Positions 38,889-48,229 of a DNA stretch of 56,571 bases are shown piece after piece. The position numbers and the translations under genes are program-made. The stretch is from a virus (taxonomy: Duplodnaviria > Caudoviricetes), in IMG/VR virus record IMGVR_UViG_3300032214_000909, positions 1-56,571 of that record; one strand, 5' to 3'. Positions within the stretch are counted from its first letter, which is position 1. The number at the start of each line of letters is the position of its first letter. The notes under the pieces are model-generated. The model was given only the letters and a program-made list of their open reading frames with translations. It was not told the DNA's origin and did no database searches.

Positions 38889-39946
38889 AAAATATACTTT
38901 ATGTAGCAGTTTATGGAACATGTGGTTATGCAATATCTGCAAAATACTTCATGTTTAATTATTTAATGAATGGTTATAATGTTACATTCATGCCTCAATA
39001 TGTAGACAATACAAAAATAGAAAATCCTGATTTAATTGAGAAGGCAGTAGAAGAATGTAAAGAGAAAATGTATGATTACTATGATTTATGTGTAGTAAAC
39101 TTTTTACCCGATCAAGTGGATAATATAATCATGGGATACAAGAAACATTTTAACAATCCAAATATTAAAATAGTATTGCAAACTACATGGGAGACAACAA
39201 CTTTACCACCAGAATGGATGCCTTTCCTTAACAGTCCTAATATACATGAAGTATGGACATCATCCGAATTTACTAAAAAAGTATTTGAAGACAACGGAGT
39301 CACTACTCCTATTAGAGTCAATAAATATTTGAGTTATAATTTCTTTAATAAACGACCAAAAAACGAATTAGATATTCCAGAATATGTTCAATATGGTAAT
39401 AAAGATATTCGTCGTACATATAACTTTTATAACATTGCTACTTGGAATGATAGAAAAAACAATGTAGGTACGGTCAAAACATATTGTAATACTTTTACAT
39501 CTGATGATACTGTAACATTAATAATGAAAACCAATTATTATTATTATACAGATGAAAGTATAAATATTATTAAGAAACAAATTGAAGATATAAGATCTCA
39601 ATATCCAAATCCACCAGATATAATCTTATTTTTTGGTAATTATTCAACTAAACAAATAAACGAAATACATAACTTAGGTGATTGTTATTATTTATTGCAT
39701 AGAGGTGAAGGACTTGGATATGCTGCATATGAAGCTTATTTGAATCATAAACCAGTCATAGTTACAAAATATGGTGGTCATATAGATTACTTCACAGAAA
39801 ACTATCCGTATTTAGTTGATTATACAATGTGTGATGTATTTGGTATGGAATTTGCACTATTTTATCAACATAAACATCAATGGGCGGAACCAAATTATGA
39901 ACATGCAAAACAATTATTACTAAACATATATAATAAATACAAATGA
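38885..39946 (+). CDS. glycosyltransferase family 4
   Basis: GTCGYA, TTWET, RKN, GDCY...GEGLG, WAEPN; paralog of the N-half of 29032..31641. Confidence 0.8.
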   Translation: MKNILYVAVYGTCGYAISAKYFMFNYLMNGYNVTFMPQYVDNTKIENPDLIEKAVEECKEKMYDYYDLCVVNFLPDQVDNIIMGYKKHFNNPNIKIVLQTTWETTTLPPEWMPFLNSPNIHEVWTSSEFTKKVFEDNGVTTPIRVNKYLSYNFFNKRPKNELDIPEYVQYGNKDIRRTYNFYNIATWNDRKNNVGTVKTYCNTFTSDDTVTLIMKTNYYYYTDESINIIKKQIEDIRSQYPNPPDIILFFGNYSTKQINEIHNLGDCYYLLHRGEGLGYAAYEAYLNHKPVIVTKYGGHIDYFTENYPYLVDYTMCDVFGMEFALFYQHKHQWAEPNYEHAKQLLLNIYNKYK

Positions 39947-40701
39947 TATATTATAGCACAATATTAAATGATGAAATTGATTTTTTAAAGTTACAATTAG
40001 AATTGAATTATCCATATGTTGATAAGTTTGTAATTACAGAATCATCGTTTACATTTTCAAATAGACCAAAACCACTTTATTATTTTGATAATAAACATTT
40101 ATTTGAAAAATACCAAGATAAAATAATTCATTTTATTGTAGATTTTGATGAATTGGATACATGGATAACATATCCATCAACGGTATTTAATGCTGATGAC
40201 TGGCGACGAGAAAGAAAACAAAGAAATTATATACTTGAAAACATTGTATTTACGAATGATGATATATTAATATGTGTAGATATTGATGAAATAGTATTTT
40301 TAGAACAATGTATTAATGAAATAGATAAAAATGATGTTAATTATTTAGAACTTGACATGCGCAAATATTATATGAATTTACAATGTACTATCAATAATCC
40401 ATGGATAAGAGCATTGTCATTCAATCCAAATTTATATAAACAGGAGATACATGACTTGTGGCATTTAAGATTTTTAAGAAATAAATATAGTTCATATAAA
40501 TTGATTAAAAATGCAGGTTATCATTTTTCGTGGTGTTATAATGTTGAAAATAAATTGTTATCATTTGCACATCAAGAGGACAATACCATTGAAAGATACA
40601 ATATGGTCAGAGATAGAATAAAAAGATTGGAAGATACAAGAATAATGAATAATTTGCCAGAATTTTTATATTCGGATTATTCAAAGTACATTTACAAATA
40701 A
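39943..40701 (+). CDS. glycosyltransferase family 17-like (MGAT3-type GlcNAc transferase)
   Basis: VDKFVITES..TFS..PK, E..QRN, DIDEI, GYHFSW, K..SFAHQE. Confidence 0.8.
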   Translation: MIYYSTILNDEIDFLKLQLELNYPYVDKFVITESSFTFSNRPKPLYYFDNKHLFEKYQDKIIHFIVDFDELDTWITYPSTVFNADDWRRERKQRNYILENIVFTNDDILICVDIDEIVFLEQCINEIDKNDVNYLELDMRKYYMNLQCTINNPWIRALSFNPNLYKQEIHDLWHLRFLRNKYSSYKLIKNAGYHFSWCYNVENKLLSFAHQEDNTIERYNMVRDRIKRLEDTRIMNNLPEFLYSDYSKYIYK

Positions 40702-40719
40702 ACAAAACTATATATTAAT

Positions 40720-41307
40720 ATGGTATACTATTCTGGAAATTCTCAAGACGAATTTGTACTAAATATTCTTAATCATATTAATAATGGATATTTTATTGAC
40801 ATTGGTTGTTTTGGACCAAAACAATATATTAATTCGTATACAATGGAATCGATTGGATGGAATGGTTTAGCATTCGATTTGATTGAATATGAACAATTTT
40901 CATCTGAAAGGAAGTGTAAATTTATAATAGGAGATGCCACTTTACATGATTACGAAAAAATTTTTATCGATGAAAAAGTTCCATTTGTTATTGATTATTT
41001 GTCTATAGATATAGACCGTGGAAGCTTAGATGTTTTAAAAAAAATACCTTTTAAAAATTTTAAATACAAAACAATTACAATTGAACATGATTATTATAGA
41101 TTTGGAGATGAACTTAGAAAAGAACAACGGGAGATATTAAATAATAATGGTTATTTCATGTTATTTTCTGATGTTGATGCGTTTTGTAATACGAATACAT
41201 TTTTTGAAGATTGGTGGGTTCATCCAAGTTATGTGGATGTAAATAAATATAAACATTTAAATAGAGATAAAAGATGTAATAAAGATATAATAAAAGATTT
41301 GTTCTAA
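40720..41307 (+). CDS. FkbM-like methyltransferase
   Basis: SQD.FV, GYFIDIG, GWNG, IDYLSIDID, ITIEHD, EDWWV. Confidence 0.7.
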   Translation: MVYYSGNSQDEFVLNILNHINNGYFIDIGCFGPKQYINSYTMESIGWNGLAFDLIEYEQFSSERKCKFIIGDATLHDYEKIFIDEKVPFVIDYLSIDIDRGSLDVLKKIPFKNFKYKTITIEHDYYRFGDELRKEQREILNNNGYFMLFSDVDAFCNTNTFFEDWWVHPSYVDVNKYKHLNRDKRCNKDIIKDLF

Positions 41308-41337
41308 TTTTTTATTATATGATTGTTCAAACTATAC

Positions 41338-42033
41338 ATGAAAAATAAATTGATTATTTTCAGTCATCATTATGTCGATGATATTGTAATTGAAAGGTTT
41401 AATAATTTAAAGAATTTAAATCCTACATGGGATATTGTTTCGATAGGATTTGATGGATATAATTTGATTCCAAATTCATTGGTAATAAATAAAGAAAAAT
41501 ATCCGACAAATAAAGCAATTAATTATTATGTTCTGAACAAATCAATTGATTGGTTTGACTGTGATTTGTTTGCATATGATGCTTATTTACAAATGCCAAC
41601 TTATGATGAATATTTTCTTTATGAATATGATACGATCTGTAATGTTCCAATCGAATCGTTTTTTAATACAAATGTAGATTTTTTTGGAAATCGTATATGT
41701 GATCCATCGTCAGAGGATTGGGAGTGGATAAAATTATATAGAAAACATAATTCGCATCACATTAAGTTTTCTGCTTTATATGCATATGGACAATCAACCT
41801 GTGTATATTTTAAAAATTATATATTGGGTAAATGTGTGAATGAAGTTTTAACCAACAAACATTTATATGACAATATGTTTTGTGAAGTAAGAGGCGGTAC
41901 ATTAGTTAGTAAATTTACAACACTAAAAAAAGGAAGAGAAGATATTCAGAAATATATTAGTTGGACTTCCGATGATATTGCAATCGATTTAAATCAAAAT
42001 TACTTTTATCATCCTATCAAAACTATAGTCTAA
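41338..42033 (+). CDS. hypothetical protein, possible glycosyltransferase
   Basis: EYD, WEW, FCEVR, YHPIK motifs; last gene of the glycan island. Confidence 0.45.
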   Translation: MKNKLIIFSHHYVDDIVIERFNNLKNLNPTWDIVSIGFDGYNLIPNSLVINKEKYPTNKAINYYVLNKSIDWFDCDLFAYDAYLQMPTYDEYFLYEYDTICNVPIESFFNTNVDFFGNRICDPSSEDWEWIKLYRKHNSHHIKFSALYAYGQSTCVYFKNYILGKCVNEVLTNKHLYDNMFCEVRGGTLVSKFTTLKKGREDIQKYISWTSDDIAIDLNQNYFYHPIKTIV

Positions 42034-42073
42034 AATAATAGATATTAACTGTTATTTTCTTATATTTATAGTT

Positions 42074-42670
42074 ATGTCAAAAACTATAAAAGAAAATGAT
42101 ATGGGGGATAGAATGTACACTGGTCAGTCCTATGTACAAGGTGGATTAGGTGGTGCATCTAGTTTAGATACTTTTAACTCTCCAGATGTATCTCAAAATC
42201 CTAATTCATTCAAATATGCTCCCTCTATAGCAGGTTCTGCAAGTGATATTAGTACTCCTCCACCTGACGATTATGATAATAAATCAACATATGACCCAGG
42301 TCAATATGAAAAAGATGTTCAAGACATTAAATATAAAGTTACACCTGATGAAGTTTTGGCAGGACTACAATATGAATTAAAGAAAATGGTATTTAAAAGA
42401 AAAGACTTGGCTAAGGAACTTGTAGTTAGAAATTTAAAAGAAGACAACAAATACTACAGTAAACTACACATGTTGAACATAGATGATGATGACAAATTAC
42501 CAGTAAAACCATCATTCATGAGTCCAGAATCAAAAGCAGAACCATACAATTTAATGGCTACTCCCCAACAAGAAGCTGTAGATTATCGTACACCACAAGA
42601 AAAAGAAATTGCTAAAATCATTAGAGAAATGGCTCAAAAGAAATATGAAAAACGATTCCCAAAAGCCTAA
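42074..42670 (+). CDS. hypothetical virion-associated protein
   Basis: GLQYE...A..LV..NL.ED..YYSKL resembles the DUF5661-like module of the next gene; TATTTAT upstream. Confidence 0.55.
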   Translation: MSKTIKENDMGDRMYTGQSYVQGGLGGASSLDTFNSPDVSQNPNSFKYAPSIAGSASDISTPPPDDYDNKSTYDPGQYEKDVQDIKYKVTPDEVLAGLQYELKKMVFKRKDLAKELVVRNLKEDNKYYSKLHMLNIDDDDKLPVKPSFMSPESKAEPYNLMATPQQEAVDYRTPQEKEIAKIIREMAQKKYEKRFPKA

Positions 42671-43439
42671 AAAAGAACCAAATGATCCATTAATTGGTGA
42701 CCCTAGAATGAAGGGTAGAAGATGGATGATCGACCCATATTGGGACGACGGTAAAACTTTCAAAAAAATTGCTAACATGAAGAAACTTAATGAATTTGAT
42801 AAATGGACAGATACAGAACATAACGATTGGGATGTATCATATAGAGAATTTTATGAACATTTGACGGAACAAGTAGGCGAATTAACTGGTGGTGTTGGTG
42901 ATGCTACCGCACCGGCAAATGTAAATACACATGAACTAGCAATAGGTGTTCAAGTTGAAATGGAACACACAAACGATGAAAAGATTGCCACTGAAATCGC
43001 ATTAGACCATTTAACTGAAGATCCCAATTACTATACGAAATTAGTAGATGCTGGACTTGCAAGTGAGTTTAAACCAACTGCTAGTTCCGGTTTAGGAAAC
43101 CCAAATCAAAGTTTTAATGATAAAGCAAGAGTAGGCAATAACAGTGTTTCTTCAGGAAATATGGGTGGTACTATTGGTAAAACATCTAATGGACAAGTAT
43201 CTGGAAGAAAAAGTCAACCAATCATCGATAAAACTGTTGAAATTGACATTGAAGAACCAACATTAAACGAAGCAAAAACAAAGAAAAAGAAGAAGAAAAA
43301 GGGAGCCAAACCAACAAATAGTAAACTATGGTCAAGAGCTAAATCATTAGCAAGATCAAAGTTTGATGTTTATCCTAGTGCATATGCCAATGCATGGGCA
43401 GCTAAATGGTACAAATCTAAAGGTGGAGGTTGGAGATAA
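42645..43439 (+). CDS. modular phage protein (DUF5661-like module plus basic C-terminal module)
   Basis: GVQVEMEHT....A.EIALDHL.EDP.YYTKL; KFDVYPSAYANAW...YKSKGGGW; start moved to ATG 42645. Confidence 0.6.
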   Translation: MKNDSQKPKKEPNDPLIGDPRMKGRRWMIDPYWDDGKTFKKIANMKKLNEFDKWTDTEHNDWDVSYREFYEHLTEQVGELTGGVGDATAPANVNTHELAIGVQVEMEHTNDEKIATEIALDHLTEDPNYYTKLVDAGLASEFKPTASSGLGNPNQSFNDKARVGNNSVSSGNMGGTIGKTSNGQVSGRKSQPIIDKTVEIDIEEPTLNEAKTKKKKKKKGAKPTNSKLWSRAKSLARSKFDVYPSAYANAWAAKWYKSKGGGWR

Positions 43440-43443
43440 TTTT

Positions 43444-45357
43444 ATGAGTGACTACCAAACATATATAAAATATGCTAAGAAATCAATTCGTGAATTGGAA
43501 CAATTAGCTGATATCAAGAAAACCTTAAAAGGTAAAAAATTGGCTGAAAAGATTCGTGAATTGGGATTGAAGTGGATCACCAAGAGTGCGGTTGATTCTG
43601 TATTGCATGGTTTGGGTGAAAACAATGGATTTTCAAATCTTAACCCACAACAAAAACAAGTAGCAGAAAAGTTAGCATCATTGAAAGATACTGCATTGAC
43701 TCATAAATCATCAAGTATTCAAGGCGTTATTGATGAAAATGCTGAAATGGCTCAGAGTGATGTTACCAAACTAATTGATTATAGTGAAAAATTACAATCA
43801 ATGTTTAGTGTGGATGATAACTTGGAAGATTGGGTTAAGGCTAAATTGAATCATGCATGTGATTATGTAGCTACAGTAAGAGATTATCTTAAGTTTTATA
43901 GTGAAGAAAAGGCAAAAGGTACACAAAATATTGAAGAAAAGTGGACCAATACTTATAAAAAATCAATAAATTGTAGTAATCCCAAAGGTTTTAGTCAAAA
44001 AGCACATTGTAGAGCTAGAAAATTAAGACAAGCTGGTAAAGATACTAAGAGTAAGCCTGTCAAAGAATGTTATAAAGAAGCTATACAAGAACTATTAAGA
44101 GAACAAAATAGTAGTATGGCAATGGGTGCGTTAAAACAAATCAATAATGACGCAAAAGAATTACAATCAATGTTGCAACCAACTACTCAATTGGAAGATT
44201 GGGTGAAGTCTAAATTGAATCTTGCAGGTGAATATCTTGATGATGTTTATCATCATTTAGACCATTTTGGACCAGAAGGTAGAAAATTAGATGAAGGTTA
44301 CTATGATGATAAGGAGAGAGAAAGACAACAAAGAAGACTAAGATTCAGTTCTACAATACCGCCAGAAAAGAAATATTGGTTTACGCCAAGTGGTACTGTA
44401 GCTGAAGCCGGTTATAGTCACGAAGATTGGATTAAAGAGAACGATCCATCTTTGGTAGGTAGAACTTTGATTGATACTTACGATAATGCAGTTAAAAAAG
44501 GTTATATTAGAGCAGTTTTGGATACAAGTCATAATTTCTTGACGCTATCCAATCTGCAAAATTATGACTTTTCTATGAACGGAAATACTAATCAAAATGT
44601 ACCTGCAGTAAAATCATCTGTATTAGATGCAATTAGAAACTTTATTGCAGAGAAAGGTATTTTGATTACCGCTACTGGTAAAGGTAATCTCATTAAAGAT
44701 TTAACCAGTATCGATGAATCCAAATTAAGTGAAGGAGTAAAAGATTGGCTTGCTGCTGGTGCTTTGGGATTAGGAGCATTGACTGGAAATGTTGATGCAG
44801 CAAAACTTCCACCTACAGTTCCAATTGTACAAACAGCAGTAAAAGATAGTGAATTGTCATTATTAAACAAAAAAACCAGTGATTACATAGCTCACTGGGA
44901 AGGTAAAAGATACAAAGTATACAATGATAGTGAAGGAAAACCAACAATTGGTATTGGACACTATTTGAATGGTTCTGAACAAGATAGAAACTTGTTTAAA
45001 TCATTATTTGGTAATGCAGTTGATTATAACAAAGTATTGAATGGACAACAAAAGTTATCATCTGATCAAATTGAAAAATTATTCAATGTAGATGTAAAGG
45101 TCAAAGAAAAGTTGGCATCAAGTATAATTAGTAACTTCAATAGTTTACCAAATTCAGTTAAGAATGCAATAATTAATGCTTTATATAGAGGTGATTTGGG
45201 TCCAAAGACTATTGGACTAATTAATAGTGGTAAATGGGATTCAGTGGCTAAAGAATATTTGGATCATAAAAATGCAAGAACTGGACCTGAACAAATCAAA
45301 AGAAGAATGAATACAAATGCTATGGCATTTGCGCAATTTGCAAAGAATAAAGGTTGA
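43444..45357 (+). CDS. modular protein with C-terminal GH24 phage lysozyme
   Basis: E-x8-D-x5-T triad (EGKRYKVYNDSEGKPTIGIGH); duplicated LQSM...LEDWVK.KLN.A..Y module; KKSINCSNPKGFSQKAHC module. Confidence 0.8.
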   Translation: MSDYQTYIKYAKKSIRELEQLADIKKTLKGKKLAEKIRELGLKWITKSAVDSVLHGLGENNGFSNLNPQQKQVAEKLASLKDTALTHKSSSIQGVIDENAEMAQSDVTKLIDYSEKLQSMFSVDDNLEDWVKAKLNHACDYVATVRDYLKFYSEEKAKGTQNIEEKWTNTYKKSINCSNPKGFSQKAHCRARKLRQAGKDTKSKPVKECYKEAIQELLREQNSSMAMGALKQINNDAKELQSMLQPTTQLEDWVKSKLNLAGEYLDDVYHHLDHFGPEGRKLDEGYYDDKERERQQRRLRFSSTIPPEKKYWFTPSGTVAEAGYSHEDWIKENDPSLVGRTLIDTYDNAVKKGYIRAVLDTSHNFLTLSNLQNYDFSMNGNTNQNVPAVKSSVLDAIRNFIAEKGILITATGKGNLIKDLTSIDESKLSEGVKDWLAAGALGLGALTGNVDAAKLPPTVPIVQTAVKDSELSLLNKKTSDYIAHWEGKRYKVYNDSEGKPTIGIGHYLNGSEQDRNLFKSLFGNAVDYNKVLNGQQKLSSDQIEKLFNVDVKVKEKLASSIISNFNSLPNSVKNAIINALYRGDLGPKTIGLINSGKWDSVAKEYLDHKNARTGPEQIKRRMNTNAMAFAQFAKNKG

Positions 45358-45358
45358 T

Positions 45359-45685
45359 ATGGAAGAATGGCCGTCAATAGGAAATGAAATGTTTGGCGGT
45401 ATGTCTATGCAAAGACCTACCGCTACAAGAGTTCCAGATTTTGATCCTGTTGCATTAATGACAAAAAAGAAACAACAACAAGAAGATCCTAATAATATTC
45501 CTGTTGTTAATTATGATGAAAAGGATATCAATGAATTGGAATCTTTTTGTCGTAAGTATGGTATTATAGGATTCAATTGTGGTAGAATGCATCCAAGAGC
45601 AGCATTAAGAATGCTTAAAATGAGAATGGGTATTCCCAATGAAGAAAAACCTATTGTTGAAAATAAGTCGTTACTAAAAGGTTAA
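45359..45685 (+). CDS. hypothetical protein
   Basis: ORF following the lysozyme gene; start moved to ATG 45359. Confidence 0.6.
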   Translation: MEEWPSIGNEMFGGMSMQRPTATRVPDFDPVALMTKKKQQQEDPNNIPVVNYDEKDINELESFCRKYGIIGFNCGRMHPRAALRMLKMRMGIPNEEKPIVENKSLLKG

Positions 45686-47190
45686 GTTGTCCATCTAACA
45701 ATTGGTGTTCTTACCCATACATTATTGGTGTATATATAAATAAAATTGTTATCAATTCTTATTTCCCCAGGCATACCAGTATCTGTATATGATGTTGGAG
45801 CAGATCCTGTATTATTTAGATTTAAATATATAAACGAACCTGTGTCTGCGGTAATGGTATTTTCTACATATACATTTGATCCCGTAATATTACCACTTGC
45901 ACTTATATTACTTGATGTAACATAAGTGAGTATATTGTTTATCGAACTTAAATTGGTAAAATTAGCAGAAGAACCACTAACATATCCACTTGCACTAATA
46001 TTGCTTGATGTAACATTAACTAATGTATTGTCATTGGAAATTAATGTAGAGGAACTAATTGTAGATGCGGTGATTGTATTTGCAATAACAGAACTGCCTG
46101 ATAAACTACCTGTAATATCACCTATTATACCGGCATAAGCATATATTTTATTAAATACTTTTAAAACTCCGCCGATTAATACATCTAAATTAAAGAATGC
46201 GGATGATGCACTTACTGCAGAGGAACTTATAGTTCCATTATAAGTTAATAAACTATCTACTTCTGTTAGATTTGATGCAGTTAAATTACCAATTGCAGAT
46301 TCTACTTTTAAGAATGTATTAATTGGAAGTTGTTTTTCATTGCCAAATTCACTAATTGGTCCTTGTAATATTAAAGCACTACTAGTTACAACTGGATTTG
46401 AACCAGTCTGATTATTTGTTAATAACCAGTAATTGTTTGCACTATCCCACAATAACGAACTGGTTACATTATTATTACTACCACTATCTGTTAAATCCAA
46501 ACCTGCATATCTTTGACTTAAAGAACCTGTACTCCAAGCATTTAATTGTATTCTATTATCTCCAATAATTACTGTACTAGAGCTAATATTAACAACTGAT
46601 CCGGTACCATATACAGTAAAGTCTCCATAGAATGTAGTGTTACCTCTTACTGCTAATGTGCCTAATTCTGCATTGCCACTTGCACTTATATTACTTGAAG
46701 TAATATTAGTCAAGATATTATTTACGGATACTAAATCGGTTGAGTTTACTATTGACGCAGAAATATATCCACTTGCAGTAATATTACTCGCAGTAACATT
46801 AAATAATGTTGACGAGTTTGAATTTAGGGTGTTAAAATTTGCAGCAGAAGCGCTAATATAACCACTTGCGCTTATATTGCTTGAAGTGATATTAATTAAA
46901 TTAGAATTTGCAGCGGTTAAATTATTAGTAATTATAGAACTACCTGATAAACTACCGCTTAAATTTCCAATAAATACAGAAGAGCTTACTACTGAAGCAG
47001 TAACATTAGTAAAATTTGCTGTGCTTGATGATATTGTTCCAATCGCAACACCTTCTAAAGTACTGGCACCAACAACAGATCCTGTGGAATCTGTTCTTAT
47101 AATGAGACTATTACCGTTTACATATTTTTCTTGATATGCGGTATTAGTTACATTTCTCTGGTCAAACCGAATGTCTTTAGCACTTGCCAT
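45682..47190 (-). CDS. Ser/Asn/Thr-rich repeat protein, putative fibre or structural protein
   Basis: Five N(I/V)T(S/A)SNI(S/T)ASG-type repeats; IGDNRIQLN..AGL..LLWD and C-terminal PGEIRIDNNFIYIY...WVR motifs typical of phage fibres. Confidence 0.65.
   Translation of the reverse strand: MASAKDIRFDQRNVTNTAYQEKYVNGNSLIIRTDSTGSVVGASTLEGVAIGTISSSTANFTNVTASVVSSSVFIGNLSGSLSGSSIITNNLTAANSNLINITSSNISASGYISASAANFNTLNSNSSTLFNVTASNITASGYISASIVNSTDLVSVNNILTNITSSNISASGNAELGTLAVRGNTTFYGDFTVYGTGSVVNISSSTVIIGDNRIQLNAWSTGSLSQRYAGLDLTDSGSNNNVTSSLLWDSANNYWLLTNNQTGSNPVVTSSALILQGPISEFGNEKQLPINTFLKVESAIGNLTASNLTEVDSLLTYNGTISSSAVSASSAFFNLDVLIGGVLKVFNKIYAYAGIIGDITGSLSGSSVIANTITASTISSSTLISNDNTLVNVTSSNISASGYVSGSSANFTNLSSINNILTYVTSSNISASGNITGSNVYVENTITADTGSFIYLNLNNTGSAPTSYTDTGMPGEIRIDNNFIYIYTNNVWVRTPIVRWTT
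45893..46890 (-). repeat. intragenic 93-bp (31-aa) period repeats
   Basis: CCACTTGC..TATT.CT core at 45893, 45986, 46676, 46769 and 46862 (93-nt spacing within each block). Confidence 0.8.
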
Positions 47191-47243
47191 ATTTTATAAA
47201 TATTGATTATTTATACTTAATTACATTATATTTATAAAGGATT

Positions 47244-47858
47244 ATGTCATACCCGATTGAGAAATTAGAAAATCAAATGATTGATTTAATAGATGAAGTT
47301 TATGCCAATAGTGGTTTAGGTAGATGGTTTGGTAAAGGTGGTGTAGGTAGTTCATCTGGTGGTGGTTGGGATAGATATGATAGTAGTGGAAAAAAAGCGG
47401 GTAAATGTGGTGATGCTAAAAAAGGAAGTAGTTACAGTGCTTGTTTGGGTAAGAAATATGCAGCTAGATTAAGATCCAAAGGTGGTCGTAAAGCTATTGC
47501 GAATTGGGTAAAAAGAAAAAAAGCAGCTCAAAATAAAGCTGGTAGAGGACAAAAAGGAAGTGGAGGTAAAGGTAAAGCTCCAGTAAGAGTAAGTTATAAA
47601 GAATCTCTTAGTGAAATATTCGTTATTAATAATAAAGAAAAATTAAAACAAGATCTTATTCAATTTTTACACAATGAATTTGAAAAAGGTAGTTTAAAGC
47701 CAATTCATAGTGGACCAAGTATAACTGAATACAAACCAGAAGATTGGTTGGAAGATATAGCCGATAATGTAATTAACAAATTATTACAGTATTTTGAAAT
47801 TATTCGTGGACAAACTGAAAGAAATCTTCAAACAGACATTCCACTATCCAGAGATTAA
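47244..47858 (+). CDS. Gly/Lys-rich basic phage protein
   Basis: GLGRWF...GGWDRY...GKCG...CL module; TATTTAT upstream. Confidence 0.6.
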   Translation: MSYPIEKLENQMIDLIDEVYANSGLGRWFGKGGVGSSSGGGWDRYDSSGKKAGKCGDAKKGSSYSACLGKKYAARLRSKGGRKAIANWVKRKKAAQNKAGRGQKGSGGKGKAPVRVSYKESLSEIFVINNKEKLKQDLIQFLHNEFEKGSLKPIHSGPSITEYKPEDWLEDIADNVINKLLQYFEIIRGQTERNLQTDIPLSRD

Positions 47859-47921
47859 TAATAACTTGTTTTTCATTTATTATATTGTAATATATACACA
47901 TATACAACTATATATAAATGT

Positions 47922-48227
47922 ATGAATAAATTTTACATTATAGATACTACATTAACAAATTCGCCTTTAATATTTGAAAATATACAAGGTTTGGTAAAAC
48001 ATTTAGAAGGCACTGTGAAGCGAAAATTTGGAAAGTCTAGAGACCTTTATATGCAAAATCTTATTGATTTGGGACATGGCGAAGACGATTCACAAGGAAG
48101 AAATTTTACAGAATCAATGAGAACAGTATTTAACATTGGCATTGTTGGAAAAGGTGGTATACTAAAAAGCTGTAACATTCATGATGTTGCACATTATAGT
48201 AAATACCGTACCGAAATGGGTGATTAA
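47922..48227 (+). CDS. hypothetical protein
   Basis: Clean ORF heading a co-directional run. Confidence 0.6.
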   Translation: MNKFYIIDTTLTNSPLIFENIQGLVKHLEGTVKRKFGKSRDLYMQNLIDLGHGEDDSQGRNFTESMRTVFNIGIVGKGGILKSCNIHDVAHYSKYRTEMGD

Positions 48228-48229
48228 AA

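Noticed and set aside
2126-42033. Bacterial O-antigen/capsule locus or NCLDV origin
   Set aside because: Interleaved with T4-like PolB, clamp, clamp loader, dNMP kinase and GH24 lysozyme; has bacterial-type promoters, terminators and overlapping operons; no wzx/wzy/wzm seen
45893-46890. Regularly spaced ~25-nt repeats resembling a CRISPR array
   Set aside because: Repeats are degenerate at third codon positions, in frame with a 93-nt period inside a 502-aa ORF, and the 'spacers' are similar to one another
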